Source of the DNA: Thermoproteota archaeon
GTDB taxonomy: Archaea > Korarchaeota > Korarchaeia > B14-G2
Direction: 5' to 3'
Assembly: GCA_003661385.1 (NCBI GenBank)
Contig: QMWA01000002.1
Location: 1 to 46,451 of the forward strand
DNA length: 46,451 nucleotides
The stretch's first letter is position 1, and every line of letters begins with the position of its first letter. Under the pieces are notes generated by a model. It saw only the letters and a list, made by a program, of their open reading frames with translations. It ran no database searches and was not told the origin of the DNA. Positions 16,638-24,519 of this stretch are shown one piece after another. The position numbers and the translations under genes are program-made.

Positions 16638-16811
16638 TTGAAGTGCAGTAGATGTGGCAGGGAGACAGGGTATCTTAGTACATGCATTCTATGCGGTAAG
16701 TCTTACTGTACAAGCTGCTTCATACCGATGATGGGAGTCTGCAAGAACTGTGCACCCAATTACGATAAGCTAGCTAGAGCTAGAGTACGCGAGTCACTCT
16801 CTCGATGTTAA
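16638..16811 (+). CDS. small zinc-finger protein with four CxxC pairs (57 aa; not in the ORF track)
   Basis: Hand translation gives (M)KCSRCGRETGYLSTCILCGKSYCTSCFIPMMGVCKNCAPNYDKLARARVRESLSRC. TTG start, with TATA-like CTTTTAAAAG at 16606-16615. Confidence 0.5.
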   Translation: MKCSRCGRETGYLSTCILCGKSYCTSCFIPMMGVCKNCAPNYDKLARARVRESLSRC

Positions 16812-17043
16812 AGCTGCTTAGCCCTGAGATCTCTCCAAGCGCCCTCTCAACAGGCTCTGTCCCAAGAGACTCATCCACAATAAGCCTTACTGCTATGGCA
16901 CTCAACCCAAATGCTATTGGCCTCTCTGAGACATCAACTATCTCTGCTACCTCAGCAAGCTTTGACTGCAGTGATGACCTCACAGAGTCTAGGACATCTG
17001 CGCTCTCCGGGTAGAGCACCACCTCAAGCAGCACGCGCCCCAA
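16780..17043 (-). CDS. ef1b: translation elongation factor aEF-1 beta
   Basis: EPIAFGL-type motif (ERPIAFGLSAIAV), 87 aa. The TTG start is preceded by GAGGTGAT (SD) 5 nt upstream. Confidence 0.85.
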   Translation of the reverse strand: MGRVLLEVVLYPESADVLDSVRSSLQSKLAEVAEIVDVSERPIAFGLSAIAVRLIVDESLGTEPVERALGEISGLSSFNIERVTRVL

Positions 17044-17052
17044 ACCATCACC

Positions 17053-17229
17053 TCAAGGCCCTACGAAGGAACAAGAAGGGCAGACGTACTCTCTTCCATA
17101 CTGCCTACAGGTGTAGCACCTTATGATTCTAGTGGTACCACAGTTTGGACAGTAGAATGCGACCGCCCTAAGAGTGGGAGAGATTCTTCTGCCACAGGAT
17201 ACACATGTAAGCTGCTCTTTAGCCAACAC
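17053..17229 (-). CDS. COG2888-type zinc-ribbon protein (58 aa; not in the ORF track)
   Basis: Hand translation gives (M)LAKEQLTCVSCGRRISPTLRAVAFYCPNCGTTRIIRCYTCRQYGREYVCPSCSFVGP. It sits in the conserved position upstream of aEF-1 beta. Confidence 0.7.
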   Translation of the reverse strand: MLAKEQLTCVSCGRRISPTLRAVAFYCPNCGTTRIIRCYTCRQYGREYVCPSCSFVGP

Positions 17230-17233
17230 GCAC

Positions 17234-18238
17234 TCACCCTTGAAGGTCGCTTGAGATCCTTAGCATATAGGTTTTTCCCACCTTCTCTCTTACCAGCAGC
17301 CCCCTGTCAACGAGAGAGTTCACAAGCCTAGATACCTTAGGCCTATTAAACCCTGTCATAGCAGGCAAATCTTCTTGTTTAACTCCCCCCGCCTTGGCTA
17401 CAGACTCTAGTATGGCCCTCTCCTCAGGATCTAGGTAGTTAAGGATGAGAGAAAGCTTAGCTGACACACGCTCTCTGGACAAATGTAGTACTAAATATGA
17501 TGCAAGCACACCCATGATAGCCGCTGAAAGGTGGGTTAGTACTGCCTTCCACGACACTCTTAGCCTAGGTCTTGGGAAAGGTGGCATATAAGTCCCTTTC
17601 CTGAGCTCTACTAGCTTGCATTCTACTCCAACAGCCTTCAGCTCCTCAGACACCGTAGCAAAGTGCTCGCTTAAGCCTACAACATAGCATTCGTCTGGCT
17701 GGATCAGCCCGTCCCTTATTGCCTGCAGGAGGACCAGAGGAACAGGTTCTGTTTTAGAGGAGAAAATTATTGGGGCATCAAGCTCTCTTGAGAGAACAAG
17801 ACAGGGCAGGTATACGGAGGAGTCCCAGCCATCAGCTAGTATTATGCGGCTTGCATCAGGCCATAGTCTCCAAGTAAAGTCCACTGAAGTCTCTATTCTG
17901 CGGACTCCTGCTATCCTAACCACATCAAGCCCTAACTCAGAGAGCTCCTCCTCCACGCTGCTGGATATAGCCAGAGTATCTCCTACTATGAGGACCCTGC
18001 CACCACCTAGTCTAGCTAGGCCTCCCAATAGCTCCTTTGTCTCGCTAGTAAGCACAGACCTCTCAACAACTGTAAGAACTGGGATCCCCTGTCTTTGAGC
18101 ATATGCCATAGCAATTACCCAGTCGGGGTATATGTCGCCTCTAACGAGGATTGCCGAAAAAGGCGGCTGAAAGCTTGGGTATACTGCGATCAGAGTGGAT
18201 GTGAGGGTAAAAAGGGAGAAAACAGAGAGAAGTCTCAT
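17234..18238 (-). CDS. single-pass membrane protein: N-terminal signal/anchor, repeat ectodomain (CW_binding_2-like), TM helix, C-terminal wHTH
   Basis: Signal-like MRLLSVFSLFTLTSTLIAV. Three repeats of the type ...D.....A......PVL/PIIF...G..AIS..V...L.....RIAG..R.ETS. TM helix AVLTHLSAAIMGVLASYLVLHL. MarR/TrmB-like wHTH ILESVAKAGGVKQEDLPAMTGFNRPKVSRLVNSLVDRGLLVRE. Confidence 0.6.
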   Translation of the reverse strand: MRLLSVFSLFTLTSTLIAVYPSFQPPFSAILVRGDIYPDWVIAMAYAQRQGIPVLTVVERSVLTSETKELLGGLARLGGGRVLIVGDTLAISSSVEEELSELGLDVVRIAGVRRIETSVDFTWRLWPDASRIILADGWDSSVYLPCLVLSRELDAPIIFSSKTEPVPLVLLQAIRDGLIQPDECYVVGLSEHFATVSEELKAVGVECKLVELRKGTYMPPFPRPRLRVSWKAVLTHLSAAIMGVLASYLVLHLSRERVSAKLSLILNYLDPEERAILESVAKAGGVKQEDLPAMTGFNRPKVSRLVNSLVDRGLLVREKVGKTYMLRISSDLQG

Positions 18239-18278
18239 GACGACCCCAACAAGTAAGTGGTACAGGATAAACTTAATG

Positions 18279-18376
18279 CGGGCCCGGAGGGACTCGAACC
18301 CTCGACCCCCGGGTCTGGGTTTGAAACTCCCCCACTGCTAAGAGCCCGGTGCTCTACCCAACTGAGCTACGGGCCC
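18279..18376 (-). tRNA. tRNA-Lys(CUU) with a 24-nt intron at or near 37/38
   Basis: GGGCCCG/CGGGCCC acceptor. Arm CCGGG-CTCTTA[24 nt]A-CCCGG. The intron does not fit a strict BHB. Confidence 0.72.
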
Positions 18377-18399
18377 TGGCTTGTTCCAAGATAAGGCTG

Positions 18400-18408
18400 C
18401 TTAAAAAG
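18400..18408 (-). promoter_or_regulatory. TATA box for tRNA-Lys
   Basis: CTTTTTAAG on the minus strand, 24-32 nt upstream of the 5' end at 18376. Confidence 0.4.
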
Positions 18409-18415
18409 TTATTGA

Positions 18416-18513
18416 TGGACCGGGCGGGATTTGAACCCGCGACCTCCGCGTCTCTCAGGGTAGATGCGACACCGCTACCAGCGCGGCGATCTACCAGACT
18501 GATCTACCGGCCC
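18416..18513 (-). tRNA. tRNA-Ala(CGC) with two introns in the anticodon loop (32/33 at 18470-18480, 11 nt; 37/38 at 18452-18464, 13 nt)
   Basis: G3:U70, and acceptor, anticodon stem and T arm identical to tRNA-Ala(GGC). An embedded U-CGC-A sits at 18465-18469. Both introns give perfect or near-perfect 4-bp central helices (CCGC/GCGG and CUCG/UGAG). A single-intron reading gives Thr(GGU), which conflicts with G3:U70. Confidence 0.65.
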
Positions 18514-18535
18514 TACCTCTGGACTGCTAGTGGGG

Positions 18536-18545
18536 GTATAAATAG
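18536..18545 (-). promoter_or_regulatory. TATA box for tRNA-Ala(CGC)
   Basis: CTATTTATAC on the minus strand, 23-32 nt upstream of the 5' end at 18513. Confidence 0.4.
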
Positions 18546-18548
18546 TTG

Positions 18549-19751
18549 CTACTCTATAGCGTATCGGAGTATAGCAGCAATCCCACCTAGCTTCTGTAGC
18601 TGTTCTCCCCATTCAGTTTTGTCTGTTACAATGACTAAGGTAGCCTTAGTTTGCGCTGCCTCTTCCTCTATCTTCTCCAGGAACTCTTCTCCTTTAGCCT
18701 CTGCTATGTCTGAGCCGCCACACTGAGGGCATCTTGGGCTTCTGTCTGGTTTAAAGAAGAAGCCGCAGCTGTTACATCGCGCAAGAACCTCGTCTGCAAG
18801 AGACTCCAAGACTACAAGCCTGTCAGCAGCTCTAACTAGGAGCGCCTTCTCTACAGGGACTATCCCGTAGGCAACAAGCCTGCTATCTTTAGATAGCCTC
18901 TCAAATACCTCTTGAACAGCTTCACGCTCCTTGTATATTCTAGCATCTGATAGCAGCGACCTGGACTTATAGATGGCCTCTCTGACACCAGTTTCTCCTG
19001 TGTATGCTGTATCAACGAGACCTATCACCTTCTGCTTTAACATGTAGTTCAAGTAGTCACCGTTAGCGAACTCCTCCTTAGCATCACCTGGGCCAGCTAT
19101 GATAATATGCTTGAGCTCCTTTATCGGAAGTAGCATCTTGTTTGCATGCTCACCAAGCCTGACATAATACCTCTTGACAGCCTCCTCCCTTCCTCTTTCA
19201 AACCTTCTCTGAGACTGGCCTCCAGCTCTGTGCTTACTCGGCACATCTGAGTTTAGCTCGTCAACTATCTTGTATGAAGCCCCCTTTATGACAGCTATTG
19301 CTGCACCACCTCTGTCCATGACTATCACAGCATAAACCTCCTTTTCCTCGAGCTGGGCTTCCAGAGGTTCTAGGTAGAACTCTGAGCTACACCTGTAAAT
19401 GAAAGACGTGATGGGTTCAGGGGGCTCTATCGCAATAAGCTCTATCTTCTCCTCTCCACGGACGTTACCATAGGATACTGCCCCACAGAATATCGCTAGA
19501 CCATTTTCTGGAGTCGATCTATAGAGCTTGAGGTGCTGGAGTATCGACTTAATTGCAGCCTGCACATTCTTCCTGGTATTCTTGTCCTTTATGTTAGCAG
19601 CTTGGCTGTACTCAAATCTCAGGTACCTGGTGACTTCATGTAGGTTCCTTCCAGCAGGTATGTACAGCGATATGAGCTCTGTTCCCCACCCTCTCTTGGA
19701 CTTAAGCTCCTTCAGCAACCTCTTTAGGTGGAGCTTGCTGACCCTGGTCAT
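18549..19751 (-). CDS. prf1: peptide chain release factor aRF1
   Basis: NIKS-type motif ANIKDK, GGQ motif AGGQSQRRFER. The C-terminal domain carries a CxxC..CxxC insert. The start is taken at MTRVSKLHLK; the ORF extends to 19811. Confidence 0.9.
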   Translation of the reverse strand: MTRVSKLHLKRLLKELKSKRGWGTELISLYIPAGRNLHEVTRYLRFEYSQAANIKDKNTRKNVQAAIKSILQHLKLYRSTPENGLAIFCGAVSYGNVRGEEKIELIAIEPPEPITSFIYRCSSEFYLEPLEAQLEEKEVYAVIVMDRGGAAIAVIKGASYKIVDELNSDVPSKHRAGGQSQRRFERGREEAVKRYYVRLGEHANKMLLPIKELKHIIIAGPGDAKEEFANGDYLNYMLKQKVIGLVDTAYTGETGVREAIYKSRSLLSDARIYKEREAVQEVFERLSKDSRLVAYGIVPVEKALLVRAADRLVVLESLADEVLARCNSCGFFFKPDRSPRCPQCGGSDIAEAKGEEFLEKIEEEAAQTKATLVIVTDKTEWGEQLQKLGGIAAILRYAIE

Positions 19752-19797
19752 CTCACCTCTACCTTCTACAGCCCTACTTGGTACCTCTATGTGTACC

Positions 19798-19995
19798 TTA
19801 AAAGCTAGCACTCAGCTTACGAGCCAGCAGAGGAAGAAGGAAGCCGACGAGAATCATCACATCGACTACAAGATAGAGTAGCCTGAGCTCTGGCCGGTGT
19901 CTTAGCATTTCGAGCTGATACTTCAGTAGGAGGACAAACAGTGCAACGAAAGCAATGGATATGAAGACTCTAACATCCTCTACCTTCATACACAC
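19798..19995 (-). CDS. hypothetical small membrane protein (2 TM)
   Basis: 65 codons with two hydrophobic helices and no recognised family. It could be spurious. Confidence 0.3.
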   Translation of the reverse strand: MCMKVEDVRVFISIAFVALFVLLLKYQLEMLRHRPELRLLYLVVDVMILVGFLLPLLARKLSASF

Positions 19996-20059
19996 CCTCG
20001 TGAGGTCTACTCTGAATGTTTATTACCTCTCAGTTAAGCGAAAATATAGGGTGGTGGTA

Positions 20060-20230
20060 ATGGAAACCAGATGCCCATGGTGTGGGGCGTCTATATCGGT
20101 TTCACCATCAGTAACGAAGTTCTGCCCAGTGTGCAGGATGCCGATAATAGTCAAGGTGGTTAAGGGAGCTGGAGGAACCTTCTCGATAGTAGTACAGCAG
20201 GACAGAAGACCCTCTAGGGCAAGGAGGTAG
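20060..20230 (+). CDS. hypothetical small zinc-ribbon protein
   Basis: METRCPWCGASISVSPSVTKFCPVCRMPI... followed by a basic tail. ATG at 20060 inside track ORF 19955. Confidence 0.4.
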   Translation: METRCPWCGASISVSPSVTKFCPVCRMPIIVKVVKGAGGTFSIVVQQDRRPSRARR

Positions 20231-20236
20231 AGCTGG

Positions 20237-21052
20237 GTGAGGATAAGGAAACGAGACATAGCCTACCACATAGGAAAAATAGCATATAGAATAGCGACCA
20301 TAGGAATACCACTCTATGAGAGATATCTGCTCGGCAAGATAGAAAGGAGAGGGGAGCTGCCCAATCACATCGGGATCATTCCAGATGGAAATAGAAGGTA
20401 TGCTAGAGAAGCCGGGATACCTCTGAAGGAAGCCTACGAGAAGGGAGCAGAGAAGCTTAGAGAAGTCCTTGAATGGTGCCTGGAGCTGGGGATAAAATGC
20501 GTGACAGTCTATGCCTTCTCAACAGAAAACTTCCAGAGGCCTAGGGATCAGGTGGAGACGGTAATGGAGCTCTTAACTGAAAAGATAGTCGAGGTTGCAG
20601 ACCACCCACTCGTACACAAGAACAGGGTGAGAATTAAGGTCATTGGGAGGAGAGATATCCTTCCAGAGAAGCTCAGGGAGGCTATAGGATACGCTGAGAA
20701 CAAGACAAGAGACTATAGTGACAGATATCTGAACATAGCAATAGGATATGGTGGGAGAGCTGAGCTGGTTGATGCTGTGAGAAAGATAGCTGAAGATGTG
20801 AAGAGAGGTATGCTCAGCCCCAACCAAATAGACGAGGAAGTGGTCAGCAAGTACCTTTATACGGCAGGGCTTCCGGATCCAGACCTGATAATAAGGACAT
20901 CTGGAGAAGAGAGGCTCTCTGGGTTCCTGCTCTGGCAGTCAGCTTACTCTGAGCTATACTTCTGCGATGTCTACATACCTAAGTTCAGGAAGATCGACTT
21001 TCTGCGAGCAATACGAGTTTATCAGCAGAGGCACAGGAGATTCGGTAGATAG
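20237..21052 (+). CDS. uppS: cis-prenyltransferase (undecaprenyl/di-trans,poly-cis polyprenyl diphosphate synthase)
   Basis: HIGIIPDGNRRYARE, AFSTENFQRP, and IRTSGEERLSGFLLWQSAYSE motifs. Confidence 0.9.
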   Translation: MRIRKRDIAYHIGKIAYRIATIGIPLYERYLLGKIERRGELPNHIGIIPDGNRRYAREAGIPLKEAYEKGAEKLREVLEWCLELGIKCVTVYAFSTENFQRPRDQVETVMELLTEKIVEVADHPLVHKNRVRIKVIGRRDILPEKLREAIGYAENKTRDYSDRYLNIAIGYGGRAELVDAVRKIAEDVKRGMLSPNQIDEEVVSKYLYTAGLPDPDLIIRTSGEERLSGFLLWQSAYSELYFCDVYIPKFRKIDFLRAIRVYQQRHRRFGR

Positions 21053-21084
21053 CTAAAATTACTGGAGCAGTTAGAAGCGGTGGG

Positions 21085-21456
21085 ATGACCATGGCAGCCA
21101 CTTCAGTTCCACACGAACTCCAGGAGAAGTATAAGAAGGTTGAAGATCTGGCCAGGCAACTCAGGAACATGACTGCCACTCTCAGAATGGTGCAGGAAAA
21201 CCTAGAACAGCTTGAGAACACGCTTGCTAGGCTTGAGGAGACACCAGAGGATGCTAGGATCTTCGAGAGCATAGGCAGCTTCCTAGTAGAGACGGAGAAA
21301 AGCAAGGCTGTAGCCAAGCTTAGAGAGCAGATTGAGAAGTATAGAGCGTATATAAAGGGGCTTAAGAAGAGAATTAAGGAAGCTGAAAAGGAGTATAATA
21401 CGCTCGCACAAGAGCTCATAACAAGGGAAACAGCTCCACCAACTACTGCTGGATAA
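21085..21456 (+). CDS. pfdB: prefoldin subunit beta
   Basis: Two coiled-coil arms flanking IFESIGSFLVETEK. 123 aa. Confidence 0.8.
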   Translation: MTMAATSVPHELQEKYKKVEDLARQLRNMTATLRMVQENLEQLENTLARLEETPEDARIFESIGSFLVETEKSKAVAKLREQIEKYRAYIKGLKKRIKEAEKEYNTLAQELITRETAPPTTAG

Positions 21457-22855
21457 GCCTCTCTAGCGCTTCTTCGAACATCTCCATGAACTTCTCAGCT
21501 AGAGCGTGGGGTATTTGGCCGCCAGCAGCCTGAGCATGCCCTCCTCCCTCCCCACCTAGCCTACTGCATACCTCACGCATTATTGCCCCGAGATTTGGAG
21601 CTGTTCTGCTGGGGGTAAGCCGAGCAGATATCTTCACTTTGCCATCGTCTGATCTCGCCAGCCCTACTACAGCAACTGCATAGCTGAATTCTCTGAACCC
21701 GCTCATTATGGTCGTTACTGTGCTTATTATAGTATCTCTTATATCTGAGGCCCCTAGCAGGAACACAGCTTTAGCAGCCTTCACTATCCTGCTCTCCCTA
21801 TTGGACATGAGGAGGGATATGGCTTTCCTGAGATCTTCCCTGTATGATGACATGATCTCTCGGCATCTATCTGCATAGAGGCCTGGAGATATGGATGCTA
21901 GGATAGCTAAAGCCCCATGCCCCATTTTACCACATGCGTTTAATGTCTCACTCATGCTCCTCAAGTCATGAAAGATGTTAAAGCTGGATTTTTCGGTTAT
22001 TGGATAGGTGTATCCGAATATGCTCTTTGCCTCCTCTTCGCTTAGACCTACAGCTATCATGTACTTTACCAACTCTGTTGCAAGCCTCTTCTTCTCAGAG
22101 TCGCTTAAGTCCGACAGCTTTGTCCACCTTTCCTCTCTAAATGGCTGTATCCCGAGGTCGTATAGGAACTTGTAGCACCTGCTTTCGTCTCCAGTTAAGC
22201 CAGGTATGAACGGGTTACTTGTGTTTAGTAGAGCGAAAAGGAGGGGAGTATCGCTTCCTCCAGATAGTCTAAGGTCTAGCTTCTGCCTAACAACGCCTAG
22301 CCTCATGCATTCCTCTAGTATCTCCCTGTTTACACCGAGGAAGCTCCCTTTCTCGCCTTTATCCTGCAAATCTCCCATGGCACCTGCTAAGGCCAGTACA
22401 GCGCTATCGGGATCGCTCTGCAGGCTGGAGAAGATCAGATACGTGAGCCCTGAGCTACTTACCTCTAATCCGCCATTTACACTATACATCCAGGCATTGA
22501 CATGGACCACATTCTCTGGCTGGCTTAAGTTAGGTACCTGATGGTGGTCTATGACTATAACCGGCTTATTCACACTCGACAGAGCATCCACATGTGCAGA
22601 TCCCAAGTCTAAGAGCATGACGACATCATATGCTGACGACTCTACTGAAGCTAGAGACGAGACCATGCTTCTCTCAAGCTGCTTGAGGGGGGTGTAGTGG
22701 AAGAAAACTCCTCTCTTGAACAAGTACCGGCAGGCTATTCCAGCTGAAGATAGGCCATCAGCATCTATGTGAGATAACACTCTGACGCATGCTGCTTCAC
22801 TCAGTATACTCTCGACTTTAGACACAGCGTCTGCTAGCTGGTCTCTTATATCCAT
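21443..22855 (-). CDS. DHH/DHHA1 phosphoesterase, archaeal RecJ/Cdc45-like (GAN-type)
   Basis: Motifs HIDADGLSS, LLDLG, VIDHH, GGGHAQAAG. Confidence 0.8.
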   Translation of the reverse strand: MDIRDQLADAVSKVESILSEAACVRVLSHIDADGLSSAGIACRYLFKRGVFFHYTPLKQLERSMVSSLASVESSAYDVVMLLDLGSAHVDALSSVNKPVIVIDHHQVPNLSQPENVVHVNAWMYSVNGGLEVSSSGLTYLIFSSLQSDPDSAVLALAGAMGDLQDKGEKGSFLGVNREILEECMRLGVVRQKLDLRLSGGSDTPLLFALLNTSNPFIPGLTGDESRCYKFLYDLGIQPFREERWTKLSDLSDSEKKRLATELVKYMIAVGLSEEEAKSIFGYTYPITEKSSFNIFHDLRSMSETLNACGKMGHGALAILASISPGLYADRCREIMSSYREDLRKAISLLMSNRESRIVKAAKAVFLLGASDIRDTIISTVTTIMSGFREFSYAVAVVGLARSDDGKVKISARLTPSRTAPNLGAIMREVCSRLGGEGGGHAQAAGGQIPHALAEKFMEMFEEALERLIQQ

Positions 22856-22870
22856 GTAGGATCCTCGAAG

Positions 22871-23326
22871 CTAGATGGTCAGGTACCGCTTCAGATCCCA
22901 GTCTGGTGGAAGCACACCTTCACGCTTGTAGTACTTGACTAGCCTTCTTATCTTGGCTTCTACTAGCTGGAGGTTCCTCTTATTGTGGATGTCTTTCTTA
23001 TGCTCCTTGAGGTGCCTCATTATTCTCTTTGCCTTGTTTATGAGGTTGGAAAGGTCCTCAGGAATAGGAGGAGCTAAGCCGTGCTTCTCCAGTATTCTGG
23101 TGAGTTTAACCCCGAGTACCCTCTTAACCAGAGGTACACCATAGCTGTCTCTTAGGATAAGGCCTATCTGCGAGGGAGGAACGCCTCTCTTAGCTAGATC
23201 TACGATTATCTCCTCTATCTCTGCAGCTTTTATCCTAGTCCAGTTGGGGACTACTGTTGGAGGCGGCCTGTTGGAGTGAGATTGCCCTTTTCTCCTAGCA
23301 TGCATTCTGCCCATTCTTTCCCTCAC
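22871..23326 (-). CDS. rps15: 30S ribosomal protein S15 (uS15/S13e)
   Basis: MGRMHARRKGQSHSNRPP N-terminus and a C-terminal S15 helix-bundle region. Confidence 0.9.
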   Translation of the reverse strand: MRERMGRMHARRKGQSHSNRPPPTVVPNWTRIKAAEIEEIIVDLAKRGVPPSQIGLILRDSYGVPLVKRVLGVKLTRILEKHGLAPPIPEDLSNLINKAKRIMRHLKEHKKDIHNKRNLQLVEAKIRRLVKYYKREGVLPPDWDLKRYLTI

Positions 23327-23896
23327 CTAGCCTTGTGTCCACGAGGATATATATTCTGCTAGCTTTCTCAGAGCTTTTGCTCTGTGGGATACCCTGTTCT
23401 TTTGAGGCCCCATCTCAGCGTAGGTTTCTCCAGACCCCTCTAGTGGGGCAAATATCGGGTCAAATCCCCATCCCGTGTTCCCACGCTCCTCTAGCGTAAT
23501 GTACCCGCTTACCTCAGCCTCCACTATGTGAACTCTATCAGAGGAATCTACCAGAGCCAGTACAGACCTGAACTTAGCTCGTCTATCCTTTACTCCGCTC
23601 ATAAGCTTTAGGATACCCCTACACCCGAGGGTCTTGTATACATAGGAGGAGTATGGGCCAGGAAACCCCCTTAACACGTGGATCTCTAGCGCAGAGTCCT
23701 CTATGAAAAATGGACGGTAGCTTAACTCTCTTGACAGCATCCTAGCACTCTCTGCTGCAACTTCTCTCACATTGCTCCTCTGAACCTCAGTATACTCTTT
23801 TAGACAGATGTCTACAGGAACTCCTAGAGAAGCTAAGATCTGTTTACACTCACTAGCCTTATTCTTATTTGAGGTGATAAACAAGAGAGGCCTCAA
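23327..23896 (-). CDS. non-canonical purine NTP pyrophosphatase (HAM1/RdgB, ITPase)
   Basis: FITSNKNKASE, FFIEDSAL, GWGFDPIF, SHRAKAL motifs. Confidence 0.85.
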   Translation of the reverse strand: MRPLLFITSNKNKASECKQILASLGVPVDICLKEYTEVQRSNVREVAAESARMLSRELSYRPFFIEDSALEIHVLRGFPGPYSSYVYKTLGCRGILKLMSGVKDRRAKFRSVLALVDSSDRVHIVEAEVSGYITLEERGNTGWGFDPIFAPLEGSGETYAEMGPQKNRVSHRAKALRKLAEYISSWTQG

Positions 23897-24519
23897 GCTC
23901 TATACCTCCCTCTGCTATAGATTTCACCTGCCCTCTTCAAGACAGGGGCTGCAGCAGCCCCTCTAACCTCCGTGTAGCCTTTGTTAAATAGGGACACCCC
24001 ATCATGGTAGATGTTGGGGTGAGTAGAGTCTATGCAACGGTAGAGGAGGTGTATGTCCTCACCTTGGTCCTCAATCCTATTAGAGTAGAAGCTAAGCCCA
24101 AAGTCTATCAGATAGAGCCTTCCTCTGGATAATATGACGTTTGATGTGGTTAGATCGCCGTGAATTATTCCAACAGAGTGGAGCTTACCGATCATCGCCC
24201 CGAGATCTCTTAGAAGGAAGGTATTCTTGCTAGACAGTGTATTCCTTAGGGTTAAGCCTGGAATGTGCTCCATTACTATGGTAGCCTCATCTAAATCGAC
24301 ATAGAGGACAGCTGGACAGAGGACACCAGCTTGCTTTGCGTCACGCATGATCTTAGCTTCTAGCATGGTTCTATGTCTTCTTAGCTGTTCATCTAGCTCC
24401 TTTAACCTGTAGCCCTTAGGCTTTCTCACCTTGAAAACAGATGGAATCCCCAGGAAGACTCCCCTGATAAGTATAGCTTCGGCACCAGCAGCTATAACTT
24501 CATGCCTAGCTATCTCCAA
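23893..24519 (-). CDS. bud32: KEOPS kinase Bud32
   Basis: GAEAIL, VFKVRKPKGYR, HGDLTTSNVIL, LIDFGLS motifs. Confidence 0.85.
   Translation of the reverse strand: MEIARHEVIAAGAEAILIRGVFLGIPSVFKVRKPKGYRLKELDEQLRRHRTMLEAKIMRDAKQAGVLCPAVLYVDLDEATIVMEHIPGLTLRNTLSSKNTFLLRDLGAMIGKLHSVGIIHGDLTTSNVILSRGRLYLIDFGLSFYSNRIEDQGEDIHLLYRCIDSTHPNIYHDGVSLFNKGYTEVRGAAAAPVLKRAGEIYSRGRYRA

Noticed and set aside
18349-18726. A 125-codon plus-strand ORF spanning the two tRNA genes and the aRF1 3' end.
   Set aside because: It is composed of antisense tRNA-Lys and tRNA-Ala sequence plus antisense aRF1, and has no protein-like features.
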